Source of the DNA: Felis catus
Taxonomy: Eukaryota
Length of the DNA stretch: 64,000 nt
Reading direction: 5' to 3'
NCBI RefSeq assembly: GCF_018350175.1
Contig: NC_058368.1
Coordinates: 48,548,001 to 48,612,000 of the forward strand
Program-made: the position numbers and the translations under genes
Notes under the pieces: generated by a model
Database searches by the model: none
What the model saw: only the letters and a program-made list of their open reading frames with translations
What the model was told of the DNA's origin: nothing
Shown: piece by piece, positions 37,301 to 50,065 of the stretch
Numbering within the stretch: the stretch's first letter is position 1
How the letters are laid out: every line of letters begins with the position of its first letter

Positions 37301-38375
37301 TTCAGGAAAACAAAGCATGCTGAATGTTAACAACCAATGGACTTCCAAATTGGAATCTCTGTGAGTTCTACTTCCATTCGGCTATAAGGTATCCTGACGG
37401 ACTAAATTATGTATAAGACAAAGAACTGCACTCATTGTAGAGTCAATAATTATTCATGATTTTATTAAACAAAAGTCCCTTTAGAGAAGAGTGAGAAAGT
37501 AATTCTTAGCTAACATCAGCTTAGGGGAGGGAAAAGAGGTTACTTTTTTTTTTTAATGTACATATGTTGATAATATAAAATTAACCACATAGATATTACA
37601 CTTCCATAAATGCTTTTAATGATCAATTGCTATGTTGCTTTAATACTATAACGTTCTCATTAAATCAACACTGCTTAACTAAAATGGTCATGTTTAAAAG
37701 ATGCTCATATCATTTTTATGATCACTCTTGAAATTTTCTGGTAAAATATATCATATAATGACTTTGATAATGTACTCTAAATAGGATGACATAAAGCTGA
37801 GCAGAAGAATGACTATAATCGAGTGTCCAGAGAATGAAAATGTGTGAGCAAGAAGTGAAAGCATGAAAGCAGATGAGGCAAGAGAGAGACAGAGGAGAAG
37901 GAAAGAGAAAATTATTTGGACACAAAAATGAGCTTCAACAGATTCTAGCCAAAATATTTAATGACATCACTGAATATCACATTTACCATGAACTGCAAGA
38001 AGAAATTGTACAGGGCACTTCTATGCTCAGCCAAAGAAAAGAAAATACACTTCGTATTTACTGTGAATTTTTTTTGAATATAAGATTGTAACTTTTTCTT
38101 GGTTGCGCCTATTTCCTCCAGTCAACGTGACACCGTCATTCAAGGCCAAACGTCGCTTCATGTGCGAACCCATCCATGGCCCACATCAACTCTCTGTTTC
38201 ATGAGATATATTATAGCATTAATCACATCAAATTGTAGTAACTTATTCTGCCTGTCCCTGAGATGACGAAGACTTGAGGTCAGAATCTAAATTTAATTTG
38301 AATGTGCAGCCCCGTGTCGAGCAAATAATAAATGCTAAATATAGGTCTGCTGGATTAATCACACTGCAGGATAGG

Positions 38376-38848
38376 TGTGATGATTAATTTTGTTCAACCT
38401 GACTGGGCCACAGGGTGCCCACGTTAAACATGATTTCTAGTGTGTCTGTAAGGGTGTTTCTGGATGAGATCAGCGTTTGAATCGGTGAATTTAGTAAGTA
38501 GCCTGCCCTCCCCAATGTGGGTGGGTATCACCCAATCGGTTGAGGACCCAGAGAGACCAAAAAGTGAAGGAAGAGACGAGCCAGTCCTCGCACGCTTAAG
38601 CAAAGACATCAGCCTTCAGTCTTTGGACCTGGATTTTTATACCGTTGGCTCCCCTGCTTCTCAGGTCCTTGGACTCAGACTGGAATTGTACGCTGGGTTT
38701 CCAGGGTCTCCAGCTTATGGATGGCAGATCATGGGACTTCTCCGTCTCCATAATCACACGAGTCAATTCCTTATAATAAATCATATATATCATCCAGGAG
38801 ATATACACCTCCTGTTGGTTCTGTTTCTCTGGAGAACCCTGATTAATA
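38376..38848 (+). mobile_element. MLT2 (ERVL) solo LTR
   Basis: tgtgatgattaatttt...gactgggccacagggtgccc...ctgttggttctgtttctctggagaaccctgattaata; atagg on both flanks. Confidence 0.92.
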
Positions 38849-39159
38849 GGAGAGGAGGTGTTGGCATTCTATGCATGAACCAACCACCACAGCATATCCA
38901 ATGTCTTCAGGAATTTTATTTCCTCCAAGAAAAAGCCCAATGTATCTATTCCTTATCAACAGAGAGGAATAATTTGGAAGTCCTCAGTCAAACCCCAAAA
39001 CCAGAAGCTGACAATATTAAGTAGGACACCCAGTACCCCCCAGGTGTGCTGCTACATCCCAGCAGATCTTCAGTCAAAGGAAAAAATATATACAAATACT
39101 GGCCTGAGTAGCAAATTTTCCGAAATACAATTAACATGGCTTAAAATAATAAAAATAGC

Positions 39160-39400
39160 CATTTTAATGGGCACTTAGTAATTGCCAAGCAATATGCAAA
39201 CACATTTAACCTTCTCATTTAACCCTCACAAGAATTTTCTCCTTTAGCCTTCACAACCAGTTTGCAGAGAAGGCATGACCATCATCATTTCCACATCACA
39301 GACAGGACAATCAAGAATAGAAGCCAGGTGAATCCCTGACACAGCCACAGTGAAAAACCAGGAGGCTTGAGGACACAGCCAAGCTCTTAAACTCTACAGC
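39160..39400 (-). mobile_element. MIR
   Basis: gggcacttagtaattgccaagcaatatgc, ctcatttaaccctcacaa, cacatcacagacaggacaatcaag. Confidence 0.55.
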
Positions 39401-39421
39401 ATCTAACTATTACTTACTGAT

Positions 39422-39645
39422 GGGGCGCCTGGGTGGCTCAGTCATTTAAGCGGCCAGCTTCGGCTCAGGTCATGATCTCATGGTTCCTGGGTTCGAACCC
39501 CGCACTGGGCTCTGTGCTGACAGCGTGGAGCCTGAAGCCTGCTTCGGATTCTGTGTCTCCCTCTCTCTCTGCCCCTCTCCCACTCATTGTGTGTGTGTCT
39601 CTCTCTCAAAAATAAATAAACATTAAAAAATAAAAATAAAAAATA
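39422..39645 (+). mobile_element. CanSINE
   Basis: Full body. TSD core attacttact at 39409-39418 and 39650-39659. Confidence 0.95.
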
Positions 39646-39699
39646 AACGATTACTTACTAGAAACAACAATGTTAAGGATTTTTTATACCCTTCCTTTA

Positions 39700-40745
39700 A
39701 CACTCACTGAAAAATTTTAAAGCAAACTTAGAAAAAATGAAAAAAGAAACTCCACCTTCTGTGAGAGCAAAAACAGTCAGAAACCCAGACTAACAAATAA
39801 AGCACAGCTATCAAAGACTGTGAAATCTGGGAGGCTCCTGGGAGCTGACAGACACCTCCCTCAGACCTCGAGCAAAACAGAGAATTTCCTAAAGGTAAAA
39901 ATCACAGTTATGAACGGCCTATCCAGTGAAAGTAGAGACAGTCGTACTAAAAGAGCAAATATACAGACAGCATCATTTTTTTTCCACCAAGTCCAGCTCG
40001 GTCACAAAGTGAGTCCACTTGAAATGGAAAGGCAGTCAGGAGCCTTTATCTCAAGAGTCCTTTACTGTACGATGGAAACAGGGACGACTCTGGAAATGGC
40101 AGCTTTATTTAAAGAGTATATGAAATAACAAAGTCAAGTCAAAGATCTGGACTCCTCTGGCTCATACCCAAACTATTGGTGACCTTGCCCATGACACTAC
40201 CCGCAACAGTAGCAAATGCTGGCCCCATTCAAAGATGGGTAATGACCACAGGCCACAAGGGAACTGTGCATAAAAGCAGCAAATGTCAAAAGCAAAAGAG
40301 AAATATAAGTAAAAAGCCAGTGAAGGACAAACATCAACAGGAGGAATTACCCAAGGAAACAGATGAAGAATTTGGACAAATAACACTCCATGAAATAAAA
40401 ATAAAAAAAAAAAATGTTCAAGAAGAAGTACAAGGGTTAGAATGATAAAATACAACTAAAACAGAGAAAATCAGCTGATAGCTATAAAATGCTAAGAGAT
40501 GATACTATAGAGATGCTGTTTAAAAAGCCACCTCTGGAACTAAACATTAATGAAGAATTTGAACGCATTGTAAGAAGAAAGGATCCTGGGAAAACACAGT
40601 AAGTGAAATCAAAAAGTTAAAGATGAAGAGGTGCCTAGGAGGCTCAGTCAATTGAACATCTCACTCTTGATTTTGGCTCAGGTCATGGTCTCGGTGATCG
40701 CACCCCACATCAGGCTCTGCACTGACTGTGCAGAGTCTGCTTGGG

Positions 40746-40798
<53 letters not shown>

Positions 40799-41450
40799 GC
40801 CCCTCCCTGCCTCTCTCTCTCTCTCTCAAAATAAATAAATAAACTATAATATCTATCTATATATATATACACACACACATATATATATTTTTTAATATAA
40901 AGTTAAAGATGAAAACTACAGATATGAAAAACCAAGGAGAAACATTTTATGTATTTTCAGGATTACTAAAGAGGAGAACAAAACAAAAAGAAAATATATT
41001 TTAAATATAATTTAAAAATCTGAAGATATAAAAAGAGACTGTTTCTCAGAGTTTAATGGCAGGATCCAGGAAAAACCGACACAGAATCATAAAAGCTAAG
41101 ACAAAATCGATGAAGTTACTGAACTTTCCAGCAAACTAAAAATAGTCCATAGACGTCTGAACAAAACCAAAACAAGAACAAGTAAGATGTCAGTTTGCTC
41201 CAGTCTTCACGGTGACACCAAATGCCAGATAGAAATGTTTCCATATTTCTGAGAAAAATAAGAATTAAGACTAAATGGCTTTGATAATTATGGTTCATAA
41301 TCCCTAATAATAAAGAAAAAAATGGTAATAACCTTAATCTTAAAAGGGTGGTAAAACAAGAGGGGAGAAAAAGGGTGTAGAAAGTAATGTCATCAATTCT
41401 CCCATTTTTTTCCTAGCAAAAAGTCAAATGATGCTATTTAAAGTTAAATT
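39700..41450 (+). mobile_element. HAL1-like remnant
   Basis: ggatccaggaaaaaccgacacagaa...gaagttactgaactt...aaatgccagatagaa parallels the 24.8-25.1 kb segment. Confidence 0.5.
40628..40898 (+). mobile_element. CanSINE with expanded (CT)n and TA/CA tail
   Basis: TSD aaagttaaagatgaa at 40613-40627 and 40899-40913. Confidence 0.93.
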
Positions 41451-41509
41451 CAGTCATTTAAAAAAAACAAAAAAACAAAAAACCCAGAACTGAAAGGGGT
41501 TTTATCCCC

Positions 41510-41811
41510 TTAATTTGTTAATTGAAGCATAGCTGACATACATATTAGTTTCAGGTGTACAACGTATTGATCAGACAATTCCATTCTATTCATTACTTAG
41601 TGCTCACTGTGATAAGCATAGTTAACACCTGTCGCTATGTAATGTTATTACAATATTATTGTCTGTATTCCCTGTACTGTATTTTTCATCTCCATGACTT
41701 ACTTATAACTGGAAGTTTGTACCTCTTAATCCCCGTCATCTATTTCACTCATCCCCCCCTCAACCACCTTTCCTCCAGCAAGCACCAGTTTGTTCTCTAT
41801 ATTTAAGAGTC
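41510..41811 (-). mobile_element. L1 3'UTR fragment (L1MA9 / early carnivore type)
   Basis: ttagtttcaggtgtacaac...ataactggaagtttgtacctctt...caccagtttgttctctatatttaagagtct; reverse complement of the 31.6-31.9 kb type sequence. Confidence 0.85.
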
Positions 41812-41813
41812 TA

Positions 41814-42003
41814 GAGGTGCCTGGGTGGCTCAGCTGATTAAGTTTCTGACTCTTGATTTCGGCTCAGGTCATGATCCCAGGGCATGGAATCAAGTCCTGT
41901 ATGAGCACAGAGCCTACTTAAGATTCTCTCTCCCTCTGCCCCTAATCCTTCCCCTGCTTGTGCAAGCGTGTGTGCGCTCTCTCAATAAATTTTTTTTTAA
42001 AAA
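41814..42003 (+). mobile_element. CanSINE (older subfamily)
   Basis: gaggtgcctgggtggctcagctgattaagtttctgactcttgatttcggctcaggtcatgatcc. Confidence 0.9.
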
Positions 42004-42086
42004 GTTCGTCAAGTGATAGCATCACATTGGTGAAAGGACACTATTTTGAAATTAATAAGTTCCTTCAGTTTAGGTTCAGTTTCTAT

Positions 42087-42800
42087 GGTGCAGTCACTCT
42101 GGAAAATAGTGTGGAAGTTCCTCAAAAAAATTAAAAATAGTTCTACGCTATGACCCAGCAATAGCACTGCTAGAAATTTACCCAAGGGATACAGGAGTGC
42201 TGACGCATAGGGGCACTTGTACCCCAATGTTTATGGTAGCCAAATTTCAACAATAGCCAAATTTCAACAATAGCCAAAACAAAGTAGCCACTTACAACAA
42301 TAGCCAAATTGTGGAAAGAGCCTAAATGTCCATCAGTTGACAAATGGGTAAAGAAGATGTGGTTTATATATACAATGGAATACTACTTGACAATGAGAAA
42401 GAATGAAATCTGGCCATTTATAGCAACGTGGATGGAACTGTAGAGTGTTATGCTAAGTGAAATAAATCAGGCAGAGAAAGACAAATATCATGTTTTCACT
42501 CTTATGTGAATCTTGAGAAACTTAATAGAGGACCAGGGGGGAGCGGAAGGGGAAAAAAAAAAAAAAGAGAGGGAAGGAGGCAAACCATAAGAGACTCTTA
42601 AATACTGAGAACAAACTGAGGGTTGATGGGGGGTGGGGGGAGAGGGGAAAGTGGGTGATGGCCATCAAGGGCATTTATTGGGATGAGCACTGGGTGTTGT
42701 ATGGAAACCAATTTGACAATAAATTATATATATATGTATATATATACACATATATGTGTGCGTATAAATATATATATATATACACAATAAATAAAATAAA
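42087..42800 (+). mobile_element. 5'-truncated felid/carnivore L1
   Basis: ORF2 end plus 3'UTR (gggcacttgtaccccaatgttt, gtatggaaaccaatttgacaataaa). TSD ttcagtttctat at 42075-42086 and 42801-42812. Confidence 0.93.
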
Positions 42801-43549
42801 TTCAGTTTCTATTTCTTCTACTATATTGGAAGCAGACTGAAAAAATAAGTCATTAGAAAGACCATGAATAAATACCATATTTTTTGTAAAACCATCTCTT
42901 GTATTTACTTTTACTTGTATATACGCACACAGAGAAGTAGATAATGTTCGCCATATGTTAAAAGGTATGAGGCAAGGAGGTGATGGGGCTCTGTCTGCTT
43001 TAATGTTTTAAAAATGAGCAATGCATCATCTTTTCAAATCATAAAGCCATTATTCTACTTCAATAATTGCATGATATTTCTCCCATCCTTGTATATCATT
43101 TTGTTCTCATTTCCCAGATAAGAGAAATTAAACATGCAAAGGTGAAAGGATTTGATGAAACAGTGACCCAATTCAGGATGATATTTTAATAAATATGTGA
43201 TATACCTAATAGTTTTGATCATTATCAAATCTACTGATTTGGCTCAATAAGAGGAAGAACTTGAAATATAATTATATACGTCTGGAAATAGATTAACTGC
43301 TTCATACAGTAGGAAATTCCAAAGTGTGCTCAATGTGAGGTTGAAGTCACCAACCAACTCTTCTAGAAGGTGATCACACACCAGTCACACGTTAAGAGTT
43401 AGTGAGCTTTGAGGGCACTTCAGTTCTGAAAATGTTTGCCTTTGTGGTGTGATGTCATACAACAAAGCTGTGAACCTCTGTCTTCTGCTATAGAAATTAT
43501 AGTATCAGTATCACACTCACATTTACAACTCTATCCTTTAAATCATTTT

Positions 43550-43700
43550 CACAAATATGTCATACTTAGGTACCCCCCATAACAACTCTTGACATAGGAC
43601 ACGTGTTCTTAGTTCCAGTATGCAGTTGAGAAAATTAAAATTCAGAAAGACGTCACTGGTCCATGATCATACACACAGATCACTGCAGAGCCAAGACTTG
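43550..43700 (-). mobile_element. MIR
   Basis: cataacaactcttgacatagg...tgcagttgagaaaattaaaattcagaaagacgtcactggtccatgatcatacac. Confidence 0.55.
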
Positions 43701-44976
43701 TTTTTCTTTGTTTTGTTTGTTTATTTTATTCCACGTTTACTGCCCAGGCAGCCACTCTACACACACGTAGAGGAGCCCAGTGCTGACCACATGTTTACAT
43801 TTACATTACCTGGAGCTTTCTGAGCAACTATGCCTACTTAGTTCAACAGGGAATAAAGACTAGGTTGCTGCTATCTCTTCTATCCTGCGTGAGGAAAGAG
43901 CCTCGGAACGTCACAGAAAAGAAATTTAAAACAACCACGCTACATACGCCCATCACTATGTTATAAACTTTTTTTTTCCGTAGGAAATTAAAGCTTTCTC
44001 AGAAAAGCTTGCTATTGTCCTCACAGTTTCCAAATATAAGAAGTAAAAGTCATCCACTACAAATGCTGGACGGTTTAAGCAGCTGTTCATCAGAGGTAGG
44101 CACAGAGCAAAAGTTTTACTGTGAACTCTGATGAGCTGGGCTAACGTATATGCATGCGTGTTTTGGACACCTGCTCTACACCAGCAGCTGAGAAGCACTT
44201 GGTAAACATAAGCGGCTGGAAAACAAATGGAGCAGTGCCAGGTTTGTGGAGATGGGTCCACAAACAAGCCACCTCATTCACAAGGACAGCAACTGCTGAA
44301 ATACATTCAAGAGCACATATACCTTATTTTATGCCAAAATACTGGTGAGCAGGAAATAATGGAGGATGAGATCTTTTCTGAATTTATTTGAAGTTTAATA
44401 ATGACAGATGGTAAGGGGACAAAATCAAGTGCAATGGAACTGAATAAAAGAACTTAAAAACTGAGCAAAGGAAAAAACTTCATGCAAATATATCTATTTT
44501 CTAAGGAAAGAGAAGATCTTCATCTGTTCCTGGAAATAAAACTCTCAGTGTGGCCACAAAAGGAATTCTGCAAATGCTATTTAGGCCATTTAAATATTAG
44601 AACCTAGGCAGAAAGGCACAACATGATATTCGGTGGCTCTTGGCAAGATTTTATCACCGTTGGCAAACCAGAAATGTACTATATAGTTTTAAGAGCCACA
44701 TTCAAATCTCTTTTCAATTATTAGACAGTGGCGGTTTCTTCCACTGCTGACATTTTAAAACTTCCTCTTAATAGTGACCTTGTCAATACACCTAAAGTAT
44801 ATAAAAATTTTCAAACTCTGCAATTTTCTCCCAGAATCAGACTTTGTTAAAACTAACAGCATCCGATTTAAGCAGGCTTAAAAAGAAGCACCAATGTATT
44901 CTCCGTTCTAAGGCATCTATAACTGAAAATACAGATCAAAAGTATGAAAAACAGTAATAAGAAAAAAATAATCCTT

Positions 44977-45180
44977 GGGGCACCTGGGTGGCTTAGTAGG
45001 CAAGTGTCTGTCTGGCTCTTGATTTCAGCTCAGGTCATGATCTCACGGTTTTGTGAGTTTGAGCCCCAAATAGGCTCCGCACTGACAGCTCAGAGGCTGC
45101 TTGAGATTCTCCCTCTTTCTCTGCCCCTCCCTCGCTTGCATTCTGTCTCTCTCAAAATAAATAAATAAACTTAAAAAAAA
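44977..45180 (+). mobile_element. CanSINE
   Basis: ggggcacctgggtggcttagtagg...ctctcaaaataaataaataaac. Confidence 0.93.
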
Positions 45181-45660
45181 AAGAATTCTTTGTGACAAAC
45201 ACATTAAGTGAAATACTCATTGCTCCCTCCCCTATACAGACTTTTGAATAAGACTTTTATAAGCTAAGAGACTCAATCATTTAGAATGAATCACATAAGT
45301 TATAGTCAATCAAGATGATATTTTCAGAGTTTATCCTCAGGGTAAGTAGCAACACAATGATTCTCTTTGCCATCATCTTTAGTTGTCATAAAATTAGTTA
45401 CAGAACAATGACACCGTCAAAATGTATAAACTCACAAAGTTAATACTGATCCATTCAAACATAAAAATTTAATAACCATCAAATGAAAACATAAAGTGAT
45501 AGGATATCAACATCATATAAAAGGGATAAATACATCTGGCATGATAATGAGTGAAGAAGGTTTCCATGTTTACATAGGGATGAGACAGGATAATTTAAAT
45601 TTACTACCTGCCCCACTGGTCTTAAGGAGCACATAATATTAACTTTACAAATGGAATTAT

Positions 45661-46075
45661 CAATGGTGTGCTGGTGTTAGTTGATGCCCAGCTCAAGAGT
45701 ACCAATTGTTAGGGGCGCCTGGGTGGCTCAGTTGGTCAGGCAGACTTCAGCTCAGGGCATGATCTCACGGTCTGTGAGTTTGAGTCCCTTGTCGGGCTCT
45801 GTGCTGACAGCTCAGAGCCTGAAGCCTGCTTTGGATTTTGTGTCTCCCTCTCTCTCTGCTCCTCCCCTGCTTGTGCTCTATCTCTCTCTGTCTCTCAACA
45901 ATAAATAAATGTTAAGAAAACATTTTTTAAAAAAAGAGTACCAATTGTTAAATTTTAAGGATCCTTGCAGGCTGGTTATTAAATCGCTGAAACCAGCCAC
46001 AATGGGAATTGACAAGCACTACAGATTGGACCTCCACACCCCACCACCCAGAGCCCCTTTAACAGAACCTCACTG
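45661..46075. mobile_element. MER63-like hAT MITE interrupted by a SINE
   Basis: caatggtgtgctgg...ccaattgttaaattttaaggatccttgcaggctggttattaaa...aacagaacctcactg. Confidence 0.65.
45712..45933 (+). mobile_element. CanSINE
   Basis: Perfect 17-bp TSD aagagtaccaattgtta at 45695-45711 and 45934-45950. Confidence 0.96.
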
Positions 46076-47175
46076 ATCCACACAAAAATAAATACACAGT
46101 ACGATTAATTCTCACAAAGTAAATTCTCCCATGTAGGCAATACTAGGGTCAAGAAAAAGAACATCACCATGAAACCAGAAGTCTCCCTTGTATCATCCGT
46201 GAATCAATACTCCCTCTAGGTGTCTGCAAATCTTCCAGATACAAATACTAGAAAGGAGCAATTTTAGCAACGACGAGGGAAGAAGGGAACATTAAACAAA
46301 ACATAGAACCTGGAAAATCATTTGGAAGCAACTGTGAGGGTAGGCTGGCAGAAAAAGACGTGGCATGATGTACACAGACTTGACAAGAGCAGGAGCCGTG
46401 GAGAAAGGAAAATATGAAACTGCAGGTGATGTGCAGCTATCCAAGGGTTATGAGACACATGTCTGTGTACCAAACCTGTTCAGTATAAAAACCTTACGAA
46501 ATGGAGATCGTTGAACATACTGTACTTTTCTTTGTATCGCCTATGATTTTTATATTACAACTAGCATGAAGTCTGAGAAAAGCTCAAATAAATGCCACAC
46601 AAAAAGTGATGGCCAGCAGTTGATTACTGTTGAAATTCACAAGATTTTTTCTTTCCCCTCTAGTTTAGTGTGGCACCTGTCTGTAAGGAACCAAAGTGAG
46701 AAGACTTTCCTAATCATCCTCCTCCTCTGAGCAAAGCTGACGGGCTGGCAAGAGGACATCATCTGACAGCAATCAATACTATGCCACATGGTGCTGGTAT
46801 CAGGATTACGCTCGTAGGAACCAATGTATGTTACAGAGACTCTGGCTTCTTTGGTTTTTCTCTGTCCCAGTGAGGAGTTGTATTCAGTGGTCCTCCGTTT
46901 CTTAATATTCATCAACAAGCTGACTCTCTCATTCCAGCTTAAGTCCTAGAAACTGATGACAGCCACACTTGCACAAAAGAGGGTTGCCTCCTTACAAAGG
47001 TCTTAATATTTAAGGGTTTAAAAATTAAAAATTACACTTTACAGACAGATGTACGGATCAGAGTATTGACCTCTGTCTCCTACACAGACGCAGAAGTGCT
47101 CTAATGAGAATCACTGCCCCAAAGTAATGTGCAACAGAAGATTTTCACCAGAGTTAGAAAATGTGACCAACCAAC

Positions 47176-47208
47176 CTTTATTGTTTTCCTCTTCATATGG
47201 GTATTCAT
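47176..47208 (-). CDS. KLF12: KLF12 first coding segment (exon 2 by human numbering), MNTHMKRKTIK, followed by a phase-0 intron
   Basis: Minus strand reads ATG AAT ACC CAT ATG AAG AGG AAA ACA ATA AAG|GTTGGT. The peptide matches the recalled human KLF12 N-terminus MNIHMKRKTIK at 10/11 residues and ends exactly at a GT donor. Confidence 0.93.
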
Positions 47209-47239
47209 TCATCCATTTGTCTCCAGAGTCACATTGATC
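47176..47239 (-). other. KLF12: KLF12 exon 2, 64 nt (31 nt 5'UTR + 33 nt CDS)
   Basis: Strong acceptor TTTGTTTCTGTGTTCTTCTTGCAG|GATC, a CTGAC branch point (plus 47272-47276, A at about -34) and donor AAG|GTTGGT. Confidence 0.92.
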
Positions 47240-49939
47240 CTGCAAGAAGAACACAGAAACAAATCATGAGAGTCAGTTCCACATGTTGAGGACATCCTTC
47301 CACTGGGGGTGAAACACTTATTCCGCAATTCTTTACACTCTTGATTAGTGAATGACATCATGAAACCATAAGTGAAGAATATTTTTGTCTTTAGTCGTCT
47401 TCTGCTTGCTCTTTACCAGCCACGTAAAGGGCAAAGTGGAGAGACGAGGGGATAGGAGCGGGACCTCCAACTATGACAGCTCCTGGGCACAAGATAATGA
47501 AGATCTGGATAAAGATAAGAAAGGAAGGGAAGAAAAAGAAAGGGAGGTAACAGAGACAGAAAGGTGAGGAGAAAATGGCAGGAATTGGTTTAAAAGCAAA
47601 TTTAATATATGAAAGAAGTCACAAATACTCCCCACTGGAGTAGTTTGCTCCCTTATTCTTAGCAATCAAGAGATTTCTAAAGTAATGCTGTTTTCCAGAG
47701 GAAATGATCTTTTTTTTTTCCTCTTTACAGTTGGTATAAATATGCAGCATAATTAATATGAATACTTTCTGGTGCCTTCATGTTGGTTAATACCTAAGTA
47801 ACTTTTTAAAAACTGATCTGATACATGCTGCTTCTTAAAAGCTCCCATACCCCCAGGATCATGTGGATCTCACCTAATACAATTCAGTATTGCTGGATTA
47901 GAAGGTTCTGATTACAATAAACCGTTTGCGCCACTTGGATGTATCTTGAAAGTCCTATTTATTTTCACTCAGCATTATGTAACGTGCTTCAGAATTTCCA
48001 TTTCATGAGGCAAATTTTCACTGGCATTCCGTTAAGCCAGCTTAGTAGGCATGGTTGACTTTTTTTTTTTTTTTCTTCATTCGGAATTATACTCAAGAGG
48101 GGCCACGCCTTCCTGGTCTTACCTGCACCCATTCCGTGCCGGTGTGTAATCAGTGTAGCCCTGGGCCAAGCTTCCTTTGCATGCAATTCCGTACATTTGA
48201 AGAGAAAAGGGGTTCACTCACTCATAGGGCCTTAAATGAAATGTGGCACAACTCACAATTTCTATGGGCTTGGTCTGTAAGGGGACTGGCCTTTAATTTT
48301 ATTCCAGTTTTAAATCAATCAATCAATTTCTCTCCCCCCATCCGCTCTCTTCCTCCCCACTTCTGTGTGTGTGCTTATATTTATATTTATATTTATATTT
48401 ATATAAAAAGATATAGGTCTCATGTCTCAAAATGCATCTTCTCATATATACTACAGCTTTTACTACTAGAAATGCTACTAAAAAGCAATAAAAATGCAAT
48501 ATTTTAACATTACAGTGTCAAACTAGAAAAATTCTCTTGAAATTCAGAGTGTCTAATTCTTCTATCTTACATTATGAAATCATAATATGGTATCCCTGGA
48601 AAGAATTAAAAAGTCATCCATAGCACCATGTTCTTATCAAACACGTCTTGTTCTTTCTAGTCTTCAAAACAGAGCTAACTCCATCAGTCCCAACTTAGCA
48701 GAAAGTATCAGGTACGTCAAAAACTGGCTTCAATCTTACATTCCAGTTGTGTAATTTGTTTTCCCATACTTTGATACATACTCTGGCTATTTTCACATGA
48801 AACCCACCTTACTAATGATCAATCCAAAATTCGTAATACTCCGCTGTAGGGATAACTTACTCCCTAGTGTTTGTCTAATAATTTATGATTCTGTACTACT
48901 ACGGATAACATTTAAACATCCTCCTGCGTAAATCTTGCATACGCTGGGGCCTCCGCAAGACTGGATGTTGCCTTTAAGCAACTAGAAAGGACGCCCTCTC
49001 TGGGCAGACACAGAAGGACTCTGGGACACGGACAGGCTTTCTTCAGCAGGGAGGGCCTGGCAAGGACAGCCCAGGGTAGGTTGTCACCGGCACTCACCCC
49101 TCAGCCAGGCACCCTCAGCCTACACTCCTGTGCATGGCTGCTCTAGTCTGCACCTTTCATTACTGCCTTAGAATATACTTCTACAAGTATAATTACTGGA
49201 TCAAAATAATAGAAACTGTCCCCCCCCCCAATTTTCAAACTATCTTTTTTAAAGTAGACTATACCAATTTACATTCCCAACAGAAGAAGCAGCACATGCT
49301 AACATAGCACCATTCTCATCTTTATCTCCTGAAACACAGCACGCTCCCTGGCACGTTCCGGGGAATCGGTAAACGCCTGTCAAGTGAGCAAGTGAGGGTA
49401 ATAATGACTAATGGAAGAAAAATAAAGTAAACCCCTCTATCAGTCATGTGGATTTTTCTTAGCCAAGTAACTAGGGCCTTCATTATATAATTTGTATTTT
49501 TAGTTAACATTAATCTGGTGACTTAAAGAAACAGTAAATTACGTGAACTACACATAACACACTATCCCACATTTTGACAGCATTTTCGGATTTACAAAGT
49601 AGCCCAGTGATGTAATTTGTACTAAAGGCAGTTCTGTGACTTGAGTACGTGGACTATTTTCAGATCCATTTGACAATGACGATCAGAGATTAATTTTGCA
49701 CCCAAGGTAACCAGCTAGATAATGTCAGGGTCCTTACAAAACTCCTTATTTCCACATCTCAGCAGGCCTCTTTGTGGTTTAGCTTTGCAACCCCCTACAA
49801 CTTACACGTAGACCGACGTTTGAAATGTGAGGAGATCCCGGTATAATGCTAAGCTTAGTTTTCTGTTTAATCCAAGCTCCTCAAAGAGTGCGCAAGCTCA
49901 TCTCTTGCACTGTAGCTCCCACCTCACACCCCTATAGTC

Positions 49940-50065
49940 ACCTCTGTCATCCACTGGCCATTTGACCTGAAACAATTCATTCAACCTCTCTGAGCCCCCA
50001 TTCCCTTCTCTGCAGAAGCAATGCTAACCATAAAGCCTGTTCTATCTACCCCATCTACCTCAACT
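49940..50065 (+). mobile_element. MIR fragment
   Basis: tgacctgaaacaattcattcaacctctctgagcccccattcccttctctgcagaa. Confidence 0.55.

Larger units (their letters stand above)
1..47175 (-). other. KLF12: KLF12 intron 2 (partial; exon 3 lies beyond the window start)
   Basis: Begins at the exon 2 donor. No sequence encoding the expected next residues (NINTFENRMLMLDGMPAVRVKTE-like) was seen in the window. Confidence 0.85.

Noticed and set aside
38464..39024. Longest ORF in the track (186 aa)
   Set aside because: Mostly inside an MLT2 LTR and antisense to KLF12; no recognisable protein.
43984..44095. Plus-strand exon-like segment with one open frame (KLKLSQKSLLL...)
   Set aside because: Isolated, unrecognisable peptide on the wrong strand for the host gene.
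46637..46947. Minus-strand ORF just downstream of exon 2 (DLSWNERVSLLMNIKKRR...), in phase if spliced at TTTCTAG
   Set aside because: Short pyrimidine tract, no consensus donor, and no similarity to KLF12 or any protein I recognise.
48055..48507. 150-aa plus-strand ORF
   Set aside because: Non-ATG start, runs through poly-T and TA repeats, no recognisable domain.
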